Below are positions 9,673 through 19,400 of a DNA stretch of 64,000 nucleotides, piece after piece. The position numbers were made by a program, and so were the translations under genes. Source of the DNA: Planctomycetota bacterium (GTDB lineage: Bacteria; Planctomycetota; UBA1135; UBA2386); the NCBI GenBank assembly GCA_046290465.1, contig JBKAGP010000001.1:4256001-4320000 (forward strand), given 5' to 3'. The notes beneath the pieces are model-generated. The model did no database searches. It was not told the DNA's origin and worked only from the letters and a program-made list of their open reading frames with translations. The first letter of the stretch is position 1; the number at the start of each line of letters is the position of its first letter.

Positions 9673-9909
9673 ATGCCGATGCACGCCCAAGAGATCGAAG
9701 CGCTGATCCGAGCGCAGTTCCCCGATGCCGACATCACGGTCGAGGGGGACGACGGCATGCACATGGCGGCCACCGTCGTCGACGCGAGCTTCCGCGGCAT
9801 GAGCCGCGTGGCGCAGCAGCGCGCCGTGTATGCCGCGCTGAAGGGCAAGATGGACGGGCCGGACGGCGAGCTGCACGCGCTGCAGCTGACGACCCGCGCG
9901 CGGGACTGA
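9673..9909 (+). CDS. bolA: BolA/IbaG family protein
   Basis: GDDGMH...[17 protein letters not shown]...ELHALQLTT; adjacent to grxD. Confidence 0.92.
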   Translation: MPMHAQEIEALIRAQFPDADITVEGDDGMHMAATVVDASFRGMSRVAQQRAVYAALKGKMDGPDGELHALQLTTRARD

Positions 9910-9937
9910 ACCGAACACCAACGAAGGAATACGAGCG

Positions 9938-10300
9938 ATGAGCGACATCCAGACCCAGATCAAGGAGACCGTCGAGAAGCACGACGTCGTGCTGTTCATG
10001 AAGGGCAACAAGCTGATGCCCCAATGCGGTTTCTCGAGCCGCGTCGCCGGCATCCTCGGCGGCCTGCAGGTCGCCTTCCACGACGTCAACGTGCTCGCCG
10101 ACGAGGGCGTCCGTCAGGGCATCAAGGACTACTCGGACTGGCCGACGATCCCGCAGCTCTACGTCAAGGGCGAGTTCGTCGGCGGCTGCGACATCGTCAC
10201 CGAGATGACCCTCTCCGGCGAACTCGACCAGCTGTTCGAGAAGCACGCCATCTCCTTCGACAAGTCCGCCGCCGAACAGATCCGAGCCCAGAACAGCTGA
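9938..10300 (+). CDS. grxD: monothiol (CGFS) glutaredoxin Grx4
   Basis: [36 protein letters not shown]. Confidence 0.96.
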   Translation: MSDIQTQIKETVEKHDVVLFMKGNKLMPQCGFSSRVAGILGGLQVAFHDVNVLADEGVRQGIKDYSDWPTIPQLYVKGEFVGGCDIVTEMTLSGELDQLFEKHAISFDKSAAEQIRAQNS

Positions 10301-10369
10301 CCCGCCCCGCAGGTCGTGTTCCGCAGGCTTGGTTCCACGAGCATTCCTCACGGACCCGGAAGCTGCGGA

Positions 10370-10801
10370 TCAGATCTGCTTGAAGACCTTGGCGAGGCTC
10401 TCGCCGTGCACGTCGAGGTTCCACTCGCACAGGTGGCCGAACGGCGTGCAGCGCACCTCGTAGCCGGTGCCGCGCAGCCGCTCGGCGAGTTCGTCCAGGA
10501 ACGCGCGCGCGAACGCCGGGTCGGCGCTGTCGGCGCCCAGGTGCGTGAACGAGTGCAGCACGACGTTCTGCAGCGAACGCTTGTTGCACAGCCATTTGAC
10601 GTGCTTGAGCGTGTGCTGGAACGCCCGCTTGCGCGCGTCGGCCGGCTCGTCCGCGACCTCCGCGTGCGCGAACACCACGACGCAGTCCGCCAGCTCGTCG
10701 GTGACGTCGACGGTCGCCAGCGGTTCGCCGCCGACCTCGTCGAGCGAGCGCTCGAAGCTGCGCCAGCCGAAGCGCTTCGCCTGGAAGCAGAGCAGCCGCA
10801 T
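10370..10801 (-). CDS. stand-alone archaeal-type threonyl-tRNA synthetase editing domain protein
   Basis: MRLL, VVVFAHAE, VVLHSFTHL, TPFG, GESLAKVFK match the tRNA-Thr editing domain pattern. Confidence 0.75.
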   Translation of the reverse strand: MRLLCFQAKRFGWRSFERSLDEVGGEPLATVDVTDELADCVVVFAHAEVADEPADARKRAFQHTLKHVKWLCNKRSLQNVVLHSFTHLGADSADPAFARAFLDELAERLRGTGYEVRCTPFGHLCEWNLDVHGESLAKVFKQI

Positions 10802-11607
10802 CAGCCGCGACGGCGACGACGCTGCCGCCAGCTGGCCTCGTAGATGCGCGCCTCGGCGTCGCGCGGCCGGTCGCCGAGATCGAGGTAGCGCGAGCCGGCC
10901 CGCTTGCTGAAGAACGTGAACACGTCGAGCACCTGCGCCCCGTCCTTGCCGGCGACCAGGTCGTGCACGTTGTCGCGGTTGCGACCGAGCGTCGAGATCC
11001 GCCCGGGCAGGATCAGGTCGTCGCGGGTCTCGCGCACCTCGAACGTCTTGCCCGAGTCGACCGCCGGCGGCGCGCTGACGAAGTCGTAGTTGCGCACCCG
11101 GGCCTCGCCGCCGATGCCCATGATCACGCCGTTGTAGTCGAGGTGGTCGTGGTGCGAGAAGCCCTTGCCCGGCTTCAGCGTCATCGACATCGCGGCCAGT
11201 GGAAAGCGCTCGCCGTCCTTGGCGTGCTGCTTGCGAAACGCCTGCATCGCGCCGCGCAGCGGTGCCTTCGGGTCGGCGATCCGCGTCATCGCCGCGGCGA
11301 CCGTCATCAGGTAGGCCTGCTCGTCCTCGCCCTTGCTGTCGACCAGGCGCCGGCTCAGCGGGTAGAGGTGCTCGAGGAAGCCGGCGTAGTCGAGCTTCGT
11401 GCCCAGGCCCGGCGCCGGCCGGTCCGAGCCGGGCTTCGGATCCTGGGCGCGCGGCGATCGGCCGAGCAGCAGCGCGGTGACGCCGGCCGCCGACAGCCAG
11501 AACACGCGGCGCCGTTCGATCGTCACGCCGTCGGCGACCTCGTCACGGCCGCCGGTCTCGTCGACGACGACCGCCGGGCCGTCGCCCTCGTCGGGGAAAT
11601 AGCTCAT
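10801..11607 (-). CDS. putative Tat-exported cupin thiol dioxygenase (PCO/ADO-like)
   Basis: ERRRVFW followed by a hydrophobic stretch (Tat-like); HHDH...RNYD...NVH...VLDVF cupin metal motif. Confidence 0.55.
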   Translation of the reverse strand: MSYFPDEGDGPAVVVDETGGRDEVADGVTIERRRVFWLSAAGVTALLLGRSPRAQDPKPGSDRPAPGLGTKLDYAGFLEHLYPLSRRLVDSKGEDEQAYLMTVAAAMTRIADPKAPLRGAMQAFRKQHAKDGERFPLAAMSMTLKPGKGFSHHDHLDYNGVIMGIGGEARVRNYDFVSAPPAVDSGKTFEVRETRDDLILPGRISTLGRNRDNVHDLVAGKDGAQVLDVFTFFSKRAGSRYLDLGDRPRDAEARIYEASWRQRRRRRG

Positions 11608-11644
11608 GGCGGCATCCTAGCCGCCGCCACCCGACCGCGCCCGC

Positions 11645-12628
11645 CTAGCTGGCCGCCTGCTTGCGCGAGCTGGCCGCCTGCTTGCGCGGCACCCGCCCAC
11701 GCAGCTTGGGCACCAGGATCAGCGCCTCGCGCGCGATCGCGCCGTCCATCTTGGACTGGCCGACGCGGCGATCGATGAAGTGGATCGGCGCCTCGTGCAC
11801 GCGGAACCCGGCGCGCTTCATCCGGAACGCCATCTCGATCTGGAACGCGTAGCCCTGCGCGTGCACCGCGTCGAGGTCGAGCTGCCGCAGTGCGTCGACG
11901 TGGAAGCAGCGGAACCCGGCCGTGTTGTCGCGGATGCCCGAGCCGAGCATCAGCCGCGCGTAGAGGTTGGCACCGCGCGACAGCATGCGACGACGGAAGC
12001 CCCAGCCGACCGTGCAGCCGCCCTTGACGTAGCGGCTGCCGATCACGAGCTCGGCGTGCTCCGAAGCGTGGACCAGCCGCGGCAGGTCCCACGGCGCATG
12101 GCTGAAGTCCGCGTCCATCTCGCAGACCCGTTGGTAGCCGTGTTCCATCGCGTAGCGGAAGCCGGCGATGTAGGCGGTGCCGAGGCCCTGCTTGCCCTGA
12201 CGGTGCATCACGTGCACGCGCGGATCGGCGGCGGCCATGCGGTCGGCGATCTCACCGGTGCCGTCCGGCGAGCCGTCGTCGACGATCAGCACGTCGCAGT
12301 CGAGGTAGCCGTGCACCGCCTCGACGATCGGCTGCACGTTGCCCTTCTCGTTGTAGGTCGGGATCACGACCAGCGTGCGCCACGGCGCCCGATGCGGGCG
12401 CGTCGGCAGCGGGCCGCGACCTTCCCCGACGTGGAGCGCCGCCGACGCCATCGCCGCGGCCTCGTCCTGTTCCTGCAGCACCACGATGCGCGAGCTGTCG
12501 ACGCCGTCGCGAACGCGCCGCTCGACCTCGTCGAAGTCGCGCACCGCCACGAGCGGTTCGGCGAGCGGTCGTGGACCCGGCTGCGGGGCCTGACTGCGGA
12601 CGGGTTGCTCGCGTTCGGGTTGGCTCAA
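11645..12628 (-). CDS. polyprenol monophosphomannose synthase family GT2 glycosyltransferase
   Basis: VVIPTYNE, VDDGSPDGT, GLGTAY, MDADFSH, GSRY, GYAFQIEM; start uncertain (TTG at 12628 or a later ATG). Confidence 0.88.
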   Translation of the reverse strand: MSQPEREQPVRSQAPQPGPRPLAEPLVAVRDFDEVERRVRDGVDSSRIVVLQEQDEAAAMASAALHVGEGRGPLPTRPHRAPWRTLVVIPTYNEKGNVQPIVEAVHGYLDCDVLIVDDGSPDGTGEIADRMAAADPRVHVMHRQGKQGLGTAYIAGFRYAMEHGYQRVCEMDADFSHAPWDLPRLVHASEHAELVIGSRYVKGGCTVGWGFRRRMLSRGANLYARLMLGSGIRDNTAGFRCFHVDALRQLDLDAVHAQGYAFQIEMAFRMKRAGFRVHEAPIHFIDRRVGQSKMDGAIAREALILVPKLRGRVPRKQAASSRKQAAS

Positions 12629-12681
12629 TGCGACGTGGGGTGGGCGGTCACGGGCAGTGTAGCCACGCCCGCGGCGGTGGA

Positions 12682-13329
12682 CTAACCGTTCTTCACGCCG
12701 AAGTAGATGCCGTCGCCGACCGGCACCACCAGCCCTTCGATCTGCGGCGATGCGAGCGCCTCGTCGAGGAACGCACGCAGGCCGATCTCCTTCTCGGCGT
12801 TGCCATCGGCGATTCGGCCGCTCGCCAACACGTTGTCCGCGAACAGCGCGCCGCCCGGGCGCAGCAGCCGCAGCGCGTGGCGCAGGTAGCCGACGTAGCC
12901 CGGCTTGTCGGCATCGAGGAACACCGCGTCGAACGCGCCGTCCGGCAGTTGGCCGAGGGTCTCCGACGCCGGCCCGACACGCACCTCGATCTTGCCGCTC
13001 TGGTCGGAGTTGGCGATCCACTCGCGCGCGAACTCGGCGTGCTTGGGCTCGATGTCGTGCGTGACGATGCGGCCGTCGGCCGGCATCCCCCGTGCCATCG
13101 AGATCGCGGAGTAGCCGCCGAGCGTGCCGACCTCGACGACCTTGCGCGCCCCGAGGCACTGCATCATCAGCTTGAGGTAGGTGCCCTGCTCGAACGAGAT
13201 GTGGATCTCCGGCAGTCCTGCGCGTTCGGCGGCGGCGCGCAGGTCGCGCAGATAGTCGTCCTCCTGGGTCGTCTTGGTGGCGAGGAAGGCGAAGAGTCGT
13301 TCGTCGACGGGGGTGCTCGTCTTCGGCAT
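12682..13329 (-). CDS. O-methyltransferase (cation-dependent, caffeoyl-CoA OMT family)
   Basis: EVGTLGGYSA, FDAVFLDADK, LRPGG..FADN, PVGDG. Confidence 0.92.
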   Translation of the reverse strand: MPKTSTPVDERLFAFLATKTTQEDDYLRDLRAAAERAGLPEIHISFEQGTYLKLMMQCLGARKVVEVGTLGGYSAISMARGMPADGRIVTHDIEPKHAEFAREWIANSDQSGKIEVRVGPASETLGQLPDGAFDAVFLDADKPGYVGYLRHALRLLRPGGALFADNVLASGRIADGNAEKEIGLRAFLDEALASPQIEGLVVPVGDGIYFGVKNG

Positions 13330-13568
13330 GACGTCGGACGGTATCCGACAACGCCGGAAAAGCCGTTACGCCCGCCGCCGTTCCGACGCCCTGACGGATG
13401 CCATGAGAATCCTGGTCATGCTGGTCATCCTCGGCTCCCTGCTGACGCGCGAGGAGCAGGGCCAAGCCGCGCCGGAGCCGCCGGTTGTGGCCGGGGCCGC
13501 GGTCGCGACCGCAGCGGTGCTCGGCCCCGCGCTTGGTCCGCCCCCGCGCGCCGGGTATGCCTGTAGCC

Positions 13569-14135
13569 GTGACGACTGAATTCGACCCTGCAGCGGCCAA
13601 GGCCCGCCTGCTCGAGCTCGTTCGCGAGCGCGCCTACAAGGACGGCATCGACATCGTGCTGGCGTCGGGCAAACGCTCCGACTTCTACATCAACGGCAAG
13701 AAGGTCTCGCTGCACCCCGAGGGCCTCTACCTGATCGGGATGCTGCTGCTCGACAAGCTCGAGAAGTACCCGGAGATCACCGCGGTCGGCGGCCTGACGC
13801 TCGGCGCCGACCCGCTGGCGAGCGCGGTCGCGTGCCTGTCGCACCTGACCGGCCGCAACCTCAAGGCCTTCCTGGTGCGCAAGGAGGCCAAGGGCCACGG
13901 CACCGGCTCGCGCATCGAGGGCGACCTCGAGAAGGGCGAGAAGGTCTGCGTGCTCGAGGACACGGTCACCACCGGTGGCTCGGCGCTCAAGGCGATCGAC
14001 GCGGTCGTCGAGGCCGGCGCCGACCCGGTCGTGGTGATGGCGATCGCCGATCGCGAAGACCCCGACGCGGCGCCGTTCCGCGCAGCGCACAAGGTCGAGT
14101 GTCTGGTGACGCTCAGCGAGATCCGCGCGTCGTGA
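13569..14135 (+). CDS. pyrE: orotate phosphoribosyltransferase
   Basis: LASGKRSDFY, GGLTLGADP, VRKEAKGHG, LEDTVTTGGS. Confidence 0.95.
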   Translation: MTTEFDPAAAKARLLELVRERAYKDGIDIVLASGKRSDFYINGKKVSLHPEGLYLIGMLLLDKLEKYPEITAVGGLTLGADPLASAVACLSHLTGRNLKAFLVRKEAKGHGTGSRIEGDLEKGEKVCVLEDTVTTGGSALKAIDAVVEAGADPVVVMAIADREDPDAAPFRAAHKVECLVTLSEIRAS

Positions 14136-15505
14136 GCGAGAACGCCGGCAAGCGCACCTTCGCGATCGTGCCGGCCGCCGGCGTCGGCGAGCGCATGGGC
14201 AAGGACAAGGCGCTGCTCGACCTGGGCGGCGTGACCGCGATCGAACGCATCGTGGCGACCTGCCGCACGGCGGGGGTCGACGGCTTCGTGGTCGTGCGCC
14301 GCGAGGATGCCGCTCCGCTGCCCGAGACGCTCGACGTGCAGCTGGTGACGACCAGCGGCAAGGGCGACATGTCGGACAGCCTGCGCATGGCGCTGCTCAA
14401 GCTGCCGCGCGACGTCGAGGCCGTGCTGGTGTTCCCCGTCGACCACGCGCTGGTCGAGGTCGACACCGTGATGGCGCTGCGCGCCCGGCTGCAGCGCGGC
14501 GGCTGCGCGATTGCGCTGCCGCTGTTCCGCGACCAGCCGGGGCACCCGGCGGCGATGAAGCGCGCCGTGTTCAACGAGATCGATCGCGACGGCACGACGC
14601 TGCGCGATGTGATCCGCCGCGACCCGGAACGCGTCGCCGTCGTGCCGACCGCCAACCACTGGGTGCGTGCCGACCTCGACCGCCCCGAGGACCTGCGCGC
14701 CGCGCGCTGCGACCTGTCCGGCGAGCCGTGGAGCACCGTGGCGCAGATGTTCCGGCACCGCAGCCACCGCTCGTATCTGCCCGATGCGGTGCCCGACGCG
14801 CAGATCCAGCGGCTGGTCGACGCGGCGCGCTACGCCTCGACGTCGAGCTTCATCCAGGCTTACTCGGTCATCGCGGTGCGCGAGAAGGAACTCAAGAACG
14901 AGTGCGCGCGGCTGTGCGGCGGCCAGGCGCACATCGTCGAGGCACCGGTGTTCTTCGCGATCTGCGCCGACCTGCACAAGATCGCGCGCGCCTGCGCCGA
15001 CCACGAAACCGAGGTGCGCAGCGACAGCTTCGAACTGTTCCTGCAGGCGACCGTCGACGCGGCGCTGCTCGGCCAGAACCTGCAGCTCGCGGTCGAGGCC
15101 GAGGGGCTCGGTGCGTGCATGATCGGCGGCGCGCGCAACCACCCGATCGAGATCGCCAAGGCGCTCGGGCTGCCGCGGCACTGCTTCGTCGTGTTCGGCA
15201 TGACGGTCGGCAAGCCCGGCGACGACCCGGTGCCGCGCGGTCGGATGCCGCTCGCGGGGGTGCTGCACTGGAACCGCTACGACGACTCCGACACCGCGGA
15301 CGTGCTGCGCGGCGCCGACGAGGTGATGCGCACCTGGGCGAAGCGCGCCAACGCCGAACAGGGTGGCTACAACGGCCGGCCGGTCAGCGAAGACAAGGGC
15401 TGGGCCGACCGCATGGCCAGGATGTGGGGCGGCGAGAGCGCCTACGCCGAGGCCCGCAAGGTGTTGCGCGACGAGCTGCGCGAGCTGGGGTTCGGGCTGG
15501 ACTGA
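14132..15505 (+). CDS. fusion of MocA/MobA-like nucleotidyltransferase and NfsA-like nitroreductase
   Basis: N-half AAGVGERMGKDKALL, FPVDHALV, GHP, DLDRPED; C-half HRSHRSY, STSSFIQAYSVI, GACMIGGARN, GMTVGKP; one continuous frame. Confidence 0.85.
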   Translation: MSENAGKRTFAIVPAAGVGERMGKDKALLDLGGVTAIERIVATCRTAGVDGFVVVRREDAAPLPETLDVQLVTTSGKGDMSDSLRMALLKLPRDVEAVLVFPVDHALVEVDTVMALRARLQRGGCAIALPLFRDQPGHPAAMKRAVFNEIDRDGTTLRDVIRRDPERVAVVPTANHWVRADLDRPEDLRAARCDLSGEPWSTVAQMFRHRSHRSYLPDAVPDAQIQRLVDAARYASTSSFIQAYSVIAVREKELKNECARLCGGQAHIVEAPVFFAICADLHKIARACADHETEVRSDSFELFLQATVDAALLGQNLQLAVEAEGLGACMIGGARNHPIEIAKALGLPRHCFVVFGMTVGKPGDDPVPRGRMPLAGVLHWNRYDDSDTADVLRGADEVMRTWAKRANAEQGGYNGRPVSEDKGWADRMARMWGGESAYAEARKVLRDELRELGFGLD

Positions 15506-15534
15506 CGTTGGGGATGGTCGGGTGTTCCGGCCGG

Positions 15535-15649
15535 ACTGGCGTTGGAGCTGCACTGGGCCGTTGGAGGCGCACTGGCCGTTGGAGCCGCACTGGCCGTCGG
15601 AGGCGCACTGGCCGTTCGAGGCATACGGGCCGTTCGAGACACTGGGCCG
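15535..15649. repeat. degenerate ~18-bp tandem repeat (about 6 copies, consensus ACTGGCCGTTGGAGGCGC)
   Basis: Visible periodicity in the intergenic region upstream of the ECF sigma gene. Confidence 0.8.
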
Positions 15650-15791
15650 CAGATTCCGGTGCGGATCGAGCCGTCGCTGCCGCTGGTCGGAACGCCGTCT
15701 TCCCGCTCCCATGGTCCTGTTCCGATTCGTTCCTGCCCCTGCCGCGTCGGGCCCCTTTGACTTGGCCCGACGTGCGTCTTCAGCTACCGGC

Positions 15792-16409
15792 GTGTCCTCG
15801 GACCCTGAGCAGACCGCCCAGCTCCTCGAGCGCTGGCACGGCGGCGACCGCGGCGCGCTCGACGAGCTGCTGCAGCGCAACCTCGAGTGGGTCGAGGGCT
15901 ACGTGCGTCGCAGGCTCGGCAACCAGCTTCGTCGCAAGGAGGAGACCGTCGACGTCGTGCAGGACGCCTGCATCGACATCCTGACGTACGGCCCCCGCTT
16001 CGTGGTGCCGGACCGCGACCGCTTCCGCGCCCTGCTCGGTCGGATGGTCGAGAACAACCTGCGCGACCGGCGCGACTACCACAACGCCAAGCGTCGCGAC
16101 ATGCAGCGCGAGGAGAGCATGCCGAGCCGTTCCGTGCTGCGCCTCGGCGAGACGCCGAGCCAGATCGTCGCACGAGACGAACACGCGCAGATGACGCGGC
16201 TGGCCATCGACCTGCTGCCGCCGCAGGAACGTGACGTCGTGGTGATGCGCGAATACGACCAGCTGCCGTTCGAGGAGATCGCCGAGCGCGTCGGGCTCAG
16301 CGCGTCGGGTACCCGCAAGTGCTACCAGCGCGGGCTCGTGGCGCTCGCGCGCAAGGTCAAGTCCCTGCGCGCGGGGCTGCTCGACGAGGCGCTGGAGGAC
16401 GACGCGTGA
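15792..16409 (+). CDS. ECF sigma-70 factor (kinase-associated type)
   Basis: GDRGALDELL, ETVDVVQDA, FRALLGRMVEN, ETPSQ, LPPQERDVVVMR..LPFEEIAE; GTGA overlap with the kinase gene. Confidence 0.9.
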   Translation: MSSDPEQTAQLLERWHGGDRGALDELLQRNLEWVEGYVRRRLGNQLRRKEETVDVVQDACIDILTYGPRFVVPDRDRFRALLGRMVENNLRDRRDYHNAKRRDMQREESMPSRSVLRLGETPSQIVARDEHAQMTRLAIDLLPPQERDVVVMREYDQLPFEEIAERVGLSASGTRKCYQRGLVALARKVKSLRAGLLDEALEDDA

Positions 16410-19400
16410 GTGGCGGCGGCGATTTCGACCGCCTCGAGCGTGCGCTCGAGGTGTTCGCGGCGTGGGAGGCCGACGGCATGCCGGTGTCCGGCGCCGCGCT
16501 GCTGGCCGCGCACGAGGACCTGCGCGAGGTGCTCGAGCCGCTGGTCGCCGATGCGACCGGCGAGGTCGACGAACCAGAGCCCGATCCCCAACTCGAGATC
16601 GACGGCTTCCGCATCGAGTACGAGCTCGGCCGCGGCGGCATGGGCGTCGTCTACGCGGCGCGCCAGGTGGCCCTCGACCGCACCGTGGCGCTCAAGGTGT
16701 TGCCGGCGGACGGCCGGGTCGAGCCGCGCGCGGTCGCCCGCTTCCGGCGGGAATCGTCGCTGCTGGCGTCGCTCGACCATCCGAGCCTGGTCGAGGTGCT
16801 GACCGTCGGGCGCGACCGCGGCTGCGAGTACTTCGCGATGGAGATGGTCGACGGCGTGCCGCTCAACCGCGTGCTGCGCGAACTCGGTGCCGCCGGGTCG
16901 GGTGTGCTCGACGGCAGCAGCGTCGGCAGCACCGTCGACGGGCTGCTGGCGCGTGCGGTGACGCGACGTCCGAAGACGGCGACCGCGGCGACCGCCTCCG
17001 GTTCGACGCAGCGCAGCCGCAGCCACTTCGACGAAGCCGCGCGGATCGTCTGGCAGATCGCCGACGCGCTCGCGCACGCGCACGACGCCGGGGTGCTGCA
17101 CCGCGACGTCAAGCCGTCCAACATCCTGCTGCGCCGCGACGGCCGCGCGGTGCTGACCGACTTCGGCCTCGCCCGCGAGGTCGGTCGGCCGTCGATGACG
17201 CAGAGCGGCGAGTTCGCCGGCACGGCCTACTACGCGGCGCCGGAGCAGGTGCTCGGGCGGTCGCGCGATCTCGACGGCCGCGTCGACGTGTTCGCGCTGG
17301 GCGTCGTGCTCTACGAACTGCTGACGCTGCACCGACCGTTCGAGGGCGCCAACAGCCACGAGGTCGCGCAGGCGGTGCTGCGCGACGAACCCGTCGACCC
17401 GTCGGTGCACAACCGCAGGGTCCCGAGCGATCTGGCGGCGATCGCGCTGCGCGCGCTCGAGAAGGAGCCGCGCCGCCGCTACCGGACCGCGCGTGAGATG
17501 GCCGACGACCTCGACGCGTTCTTGCACCACCGCCCGGTGCGCGCGCGGCGGGCGGGGCCGCTGCGGCGCCTGCAGCGCTACGTGCGGCGCGAGCCGTGGA
17601 AGGCGGCGCTGGCGCTGGTCGTGTTGGTGTCGGTTCCGTCGATTGCGTTCCTTAGCGGCTACCTGCAGGCGCGCGCGCCGCTGGTGGCGGCCGGTGAGCA
17701 GGAGCTGGCCCGGCGTCGCGTCGACGAACTGCTCGAGCGCGCCACGATGCTGCTCGAGCTGGGGGACGACGGTGCTGCTCTCGCGCTGGACGAGGCGCTG
17801 GCGCTCGATCCCGCCGATCCCGACACGATTGGCATGTTGGTGTGGGCGCGCTGCGACAGGGGCGACGGCATGTCGCTCGACGAACTGGACGCCTTGCTCG
17901 CCGGCTCGCAGCTCGCCGCCGCAGAGCGCGCGAGGCTGCGTGCGTCGGTGCTGCAACGCCTCGGCCGCGGCGACGAGGCGCGGGCCGTGTTGGCCGACCT
18001 CGAACCTGCTGGCAGCGCGGTCGCCGCGTTCTATGCGGGGCTGGCGGCGCTGACGCGCGGCCATGCGACCGGCGAACGTGCGGCCTTCGGGGCGGCGGCG
18101 GATGCGTTCGAGATGGCGGTGTTGCTCGCGCCGCGTCGCCGACCGCTCTACCTCAACAAGCTGGCCCACGCACTTGGCCACGCCGGCGACGACGACCGCC
18201 GCGCGGCGGTCGCCGCCGCGCTGCACCGGGCCTGGCCGGACTCGGTGTCCCAGCAGTACTGGAGCTACTTCGCCGAGAAGGACAGCGCCCGCAGCCGCGC
18301 CCGCGAACGGCTGCAGCGTGCGATCGCGCTGCGCAGCGGCAGCGGCACGCTGCACTACAACCTGGGCACGAGCTACCTGCGCAGCGGGCTGCCGCGCGAG
18401 GCGATCCCGGCGCTCGAGCGCGCCATCGAGATCGCGCCGGACTACGCGCCTGCGCACGGCAACCTCGCCAAGGCCCGCTTCCAGACCCAGGACCTCGAAG
18501 GCGCGATCGCGGCGATCGATGCGGCGCTCGCGCGCGAGCCGGACAACGCGCTGTTCGTCGCCAATCGCGGCCAGTTCCTGCTGGCCCAGGGCCGGACCGA
18601 CGACGCGGTCGCTGCGCACGACCGGGCGCTCGCGATCGACCCCGCGCAGCCGATCGCGCTCGCTGGCAAGGCCTACGTGCTCTACACCACGCGCGGCGCT
18701 GAGCCGTGTCGCGCGTTCTGCGAACAGCACCTCGAGGCCGGACACGTCAGTGAAGAGCTCTACCGCTACCTGGTGATGAGCCTGACGACCCTCGGTCGGC
18801 ACCAGGACGCGATCGCGGCCGCGGACCGGGGCATCGAGCGCTTCGGGCGCAGCGCCTGGCTGCACCTTCGTCGGGCCTATGCCGCGCGGCCCGTCGACCA
18901 CGCCGTCGCCGTGGCGTCGGCGCGACGCGCCACCGAACTCGCGCCCGGCCACCCGCTGATGCACGAGGCGCTGGCCAAGATGCTGCTCGATGGCCGGCCG
19001 GGGCCGACCGACTGCGAGCACGCGGCGCGCGCCTACACGCGACAGGCGGAGCTGTCGCCGAAGAACGGTCCGGCCCACCTCAACGCGGCGATCTCGTGGA
19101 TGCGCGCCGGTCGCCCGGGCGACGCCGTCGCGTGCATGCGCACCGCGACCGTCGAGGTTCCGGGGTGGGGGCCCGGCCACGAGAACCTCGGCGGGCTGCT
19201 GCTCGACCTCGGTCGCGTCGACGACGCGATCCTCGCATTGCAGCACGGCTGCGAGGTCGTGCCCGACCACGCCGGCGTGCGGTTCCGGCTCGCGTTCGCG
19301 CTGCATCGTCGCGCGTCGGTGCGCGGCGGCGAGCAGCCGGACGCGACCCGGGCCGACGTCGAGCGGGCGCTGGCCCTCCTGGAGGGACGGGAGGACGCCG

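Noticed and set aside
11647..11688. 21-bp duplication at the GT2 3' end (RKQAAS twice)
   Set aside because: A local slippage in a terminal tail with no sign of function.
13403..13579. 58-aa ORF with hydrophobic N-terminus (MRILVMLVILGSLL...)
   Set aside because: Possible small protein, but it has no recognisable motif and overlaps the pyrE start region; support is insufficient.
12629..13600. Long N-terminal extension of the GT2 ORF
   Set aside because: It overlaps the clear O-methyltransferase gene in another frame and has low-complexity composition.
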